Below, piece after piece: positions 61,399-64,000 of a DNA stretch of 64,000 bases (the first letter of the stretch is position 1; the number at the start of each line of letters is the position of its first letter). The position numbers and the translations under genes are program-made. The DNA lies in assembly GCA_963662315.1 (NCBI GenBank), contig OY759353.1:4352001-4416000 (forward strand), written 5' to 3'. This stretch comes from Geopsychrobacteraceae bacterium. Lineage in GTDB: Bacteria; Desulfobacterota; Desulfuromonadia; Desulfuromonadales; Geopsychrobacteraceae. A model generated the notes under the pieces. That model was not told the DNA's origin. It searched no databases and saw only the letters and a list, made by a program, of their open reading frames with translations.

Positions 61399-62670
61399 TC
61401 AACGCCTTTTCCTCAGTGCCATGTGAAATCTTATCTGTTCCCAGAGTTGTTGGTCTTCCCCTTGAAGGTTACTGATGAGACCTCGGATAAAAGCGATAAT
61501 GAGGGATAAGAACCCGGCGACAAAAGTTGCAATGATGACCTGAAACGCCCGATTTGGTGCGCTCTTGAGATCGGGTGGTACTGCGTTGTCCAGAACCTGG
61601 ATGGTTGACATGTTTTTTGCTTCGCTGATCTTGGCAACTTCATATTGCTGAGTTAATAATTCATAAATAGCCTCTTGAATCTTCAAGTTGCGCAGTAAGC
61701 GTGCGTAGCTCAGACCCAACCTTGGGACTGCAGAAGTCGCCATGAAGATGTCTGGGATCTCCTTGCCTTCTGGGGAGCGTTCCATGCGGGCAATCTGTTC
61801 TTTGACCTGCGCGATTCCTTCACGCAAGGCTTTCACTTCGGGGTTCTTCTCGGTCTGTGAAGACAGAAGGACACCAAGTCTAACTTCCATACTGGCTAGG
61901 TCTCCTTTCAGGGCCGCAATGGCGGAGATGATAGCGCTGGCCTGATCCTCGATCCGGATGGCTTTATTCTGTTCCTGACAGGTTTTCAGGGCCTCTTCTG
62001 CGTCTGTTAAATCGGCCTTCACCAGCTTCAAACGATCTTCCAAAAACACCCGTTCCCGTCCTGCGTTATTCAGGTTGATTGTGGCATTGAGTCGCTTCAG
62101 TTCGTCAATATAGGCATTGACAATATTTGCGGCAAGCTGAGGGTCTTTGTCACGGAAACTGACAGTTAGGATGCGGTCATCTTTTCCAAAGGAAAAGTTT
62201 GATTTGGTAGCTAAACGTTTATAAGCACTTGATCGTACTTTCAATTTGAAGCGCTTCATCAGATCGAACCGCTCAATAATAGCATCGTTGATGGTTCGGC
62301 TTTTGAGCATGCCGATATATTGTTCAGATGTCTGTCTGACGGCACGACGTCCCGCAAAAGACGCAAGTCTTCCTAGTCTTCCACCCAAGTTGGCACTGAG
62401 ACCATCAGAGTTTTCCTGAGGAGGTAATAACCTCGCTGTAGCTGTATAAGTATCCGGTTTTAGCAACGTCAACCCACAGGCCAAAACAAAGACAACAAGG
62501 CAGGTGAGGATGATCATTTTCTTGTAATGGACGATGACCAGCAGTAGCTTGAGGAGACTGTTTTCGTCGTTTGTCTGTTGTGGATTCACTCCGGCCCTTT
62601 CTGGCATAAAATCCCACGAGGAATGTATTGTATATTTGAATATCCTCAAGGAGGGTTTTATCTTAACCAA
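61399..62670 (-). CDS. Wzz/GumC-like polysaccharide chain-length/export protein
   Basis: TM1, YTATARLLPP, long coiled coil, IQVLD.A.PP..KS.P, TM2; true start probably downstream of 62670. Confidence 0.85.
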   Translation of the reverse strand: MVKIKPSLRIFKYTIHSSWDFMPERAGVNPQQTNDENSLLKLLLVIVHYKKMIILTCLVVFVLACGLTLLKPDTYTATARLLPPQENSDGLSANLGGRLGRLASFAGRRAVRQTSEQYIGMLKSRTINDAIIERFDLMKRFKLKVRSSAYKRLATKSNFSFGKDDRILTVSFRDKDPQLAANIVNAYIDELKRLNATINLNNAGRERVFLEDRLKLVKADLTDAEEALKTCQEQNKAIRIEDQASAIISAIAALKGDLASMEVRLGVLLSSQTEKNPEVKALREGIAQVKEQIARMERSPEGKEIPDIFMATSAVPRLGLSYARLLRNLKIQEAIYELLTQQYEVAKISEAKNMSTIQVLDNAVPPDLKSAPNRAFQVIIATFVAGFLSLIIAFIRGLISNLQGEDQQLWEQIRFHMALRKRR

Positions 62671-63899
62671 ACCTCAAGGTCAGTCAATATCGCTGTTTCA
62701 GCCTGATATACATTTCTTTGTTTATCCCTCAAAAATTCGAATCCCCGCCTAAGGAACAGAGCCCAGTAGACAGGATAAAACGCATAAAGCAAAACAGAGC
62801 GTTCGGCAATAGGATATCGGGCTGAAATGATAGATTTTGACGGAAATATCAAGCTCAGTAGATATGTGATCTTTTTTAGAAAACTTTTTCTACCAATGAG
62901 ATTGTGCCCGTATCTCACACTCCTGGAGTCCACGTCTCTCAGAATCAGTTGACAAGCGTTACTGATCATATCGGGAAGTTTTTCGTGTTCAACGGTTAAG
63001 TTTTCGGGCCATATAATATCCTGCTTTCCCCAGAAGTGTTCCAACATTTTGAGCGCCAAGACCGATCCACGGATACGTTCTGCCTTTTGTGTCAAGGACC
63101 AGAAGTATGTCCAGTCAACGGTTCTGCTTTGCAGGAGGTAACCAAGGTCACTGATGGTCAAGGGTCCGTTGGTAAATTTATGTTCATAAACGGCATGATC
63201 AATTAAGTGGAATAACTGATCAGCTGGTGATAAGTAGGGAATTTTTACCCCTGCCACTTCATCGTACACGATGTGTGTCCAAGTCATTTCTTCATTTGCA
63301 AGGTCGCTGACTGGTTCATTCCCAGGATGTGGGGTTGTCAGCCTGAGATGTGGTTCAATCGTGACACCACCTAATACTGACCATAGCGGAGGAAGATGTC
63401 GGGCATGTTTCGCGACACTTTCAATGCATCCTTTATTTGGGTAGACCCGGCGGCACCCCGCGTCGATCAACGCTTGATAAACATCAAAAATATTTCTTTC
63501 AGGAACGAGGATGTCAAGATCACGCAAAGGTCTCAACGCTGGCTGAGGATAAGCATGAAAGGCAAGCCATGCCCCTTTTAGCGCAACGTATTTGAATCCA
63601 GACGGTTCGATTGCTTGGTGGAGGTGACGCAGCTCACGTTGCAGCGTCATAGAACGCATGGTTGATTTTTTGAAGCTTTTGGCACAGAAGTCACGTAAAC
63701 TTTGAGGCACGGATACTTCTGGGCATTCTCGGGTTAAGCGCCAGTGCATCAGCGGTCCTAGGCGGTGTTCCTGAAGCATTTCCCTCATAGTCTTCCAATC
63801 CGATGTGTCAAGGTCGTTTGTTGCCGATAACGACTTGACATTTTTTAGAAAAAGCAGATCGAGAAGAATTGATTTTAGTTCAGATAAAGGACGCCCCAT
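62658..63899 (-). CDS. Nucleotidyltransferase family protein (NTP_transf_5-like)
   Basis: LKG..LA...YP....RP..DLDILV, IEPH.RL, HLIDH. Confidence 0.8.
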   Translation of the reverse strand: MGRPLSELKSILLDLLFLKNVKSLSATNDLDTSDWKTMREMLQEHRLGPLMHWRLTRECPEVSVPQSLRDFCAKSFKKSTMRSMTLQRELRHLHQAIEPSGFKYVALKGAWLAFHAYPQPALRPLRDLDILVPERNIFDVYQALIDAGCRRVYPNKGCIESVAKHARHLPPLWSVLGGVTIEPHLRLTTPHPGNEPVSDLANEEMTWTHIVYDEVAGVKIPYLSPADQLFHLIDHAVYEHKFTNGPLTISDLGYLLQSRTVDWTYFWSLTQKAERIRGSVLALKMLEHFWGKQDIIWPENLTVEHEKLPDMISNACQLILRDVDSRSVRYGHNLIGRKSFLKKITYLLSLIFPSKSIISARYPIAERSVLLYAFYPVYWALFLRRGFEFLRDKQRNVYQAETAILTDLEVWLR

Positions 63900-64000
63900 T
63901 TAATTTCTCTCCAGACAATTGTTAATTTCTGACCATGGACCTTCCGCAACAACCTGCCCCATCTCGAGCACCACAACCTGATCGGCATGCTCCAAGGTCG
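63900..64000 (-). CDS. C-terminus of an ABC transporter ATP-binding protein (partial)
   Basis: ...TLEHADQVVVLEMGQVVAEGPWSEINNCLERN*; its TAA abuts the next ATG. Confidence 0.7.
   Translation of the reverse strand, partial: TLEHADQVVVLEMGQVVAEGPWSEINNCLERN

Overview
The window looks like chromosomal DNA from a Desulfuromonadales/Geobacter-like deltaproteobacterium (inferred from gene content, not from a search). Bases 1-27.7 kb are mostly housekeeping: actP-like symporter, epmA-efp, gph-yggS-maf-trmFO-topA-smg-dprA, U32 and M48 family proteins, trpS, an L,D-transpeptidase facing an Lpp/OprI-like lipoprotein, lon, polA and an NSS transporter. Bases 27.9-32.7 kb are the most unusual part: an eroded integron-type cassette array with attC sites but no integrase in the window. 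It carries two remnants of an attC-targeting class IIC group II intron and tandem 424-450 bp structured repeat units whose hairpins show compensatory base changes. Bases 32.9-60 kb hold accessory and metabolic genes: NhaC-family transporter, prephenate dehydratase, LUD protein, two hybrid sensor kinases, glgP, a monoheme cytochrome, ClC, HDOD, a stand-alone NuoEFG/HoxEFU-like module and an MCP. At 60311-60613 there is a probable selenoprotein gene missed by the ORF track (CxxU motif, in-frame TGA, SECIS-like hairpin). The window ends in a Wzz-like / nucleotidyltransferase / ABC exporter locus. No rRNA, tRNA or CRISPR array was seen. All family assignments come from motif recognition by eye.
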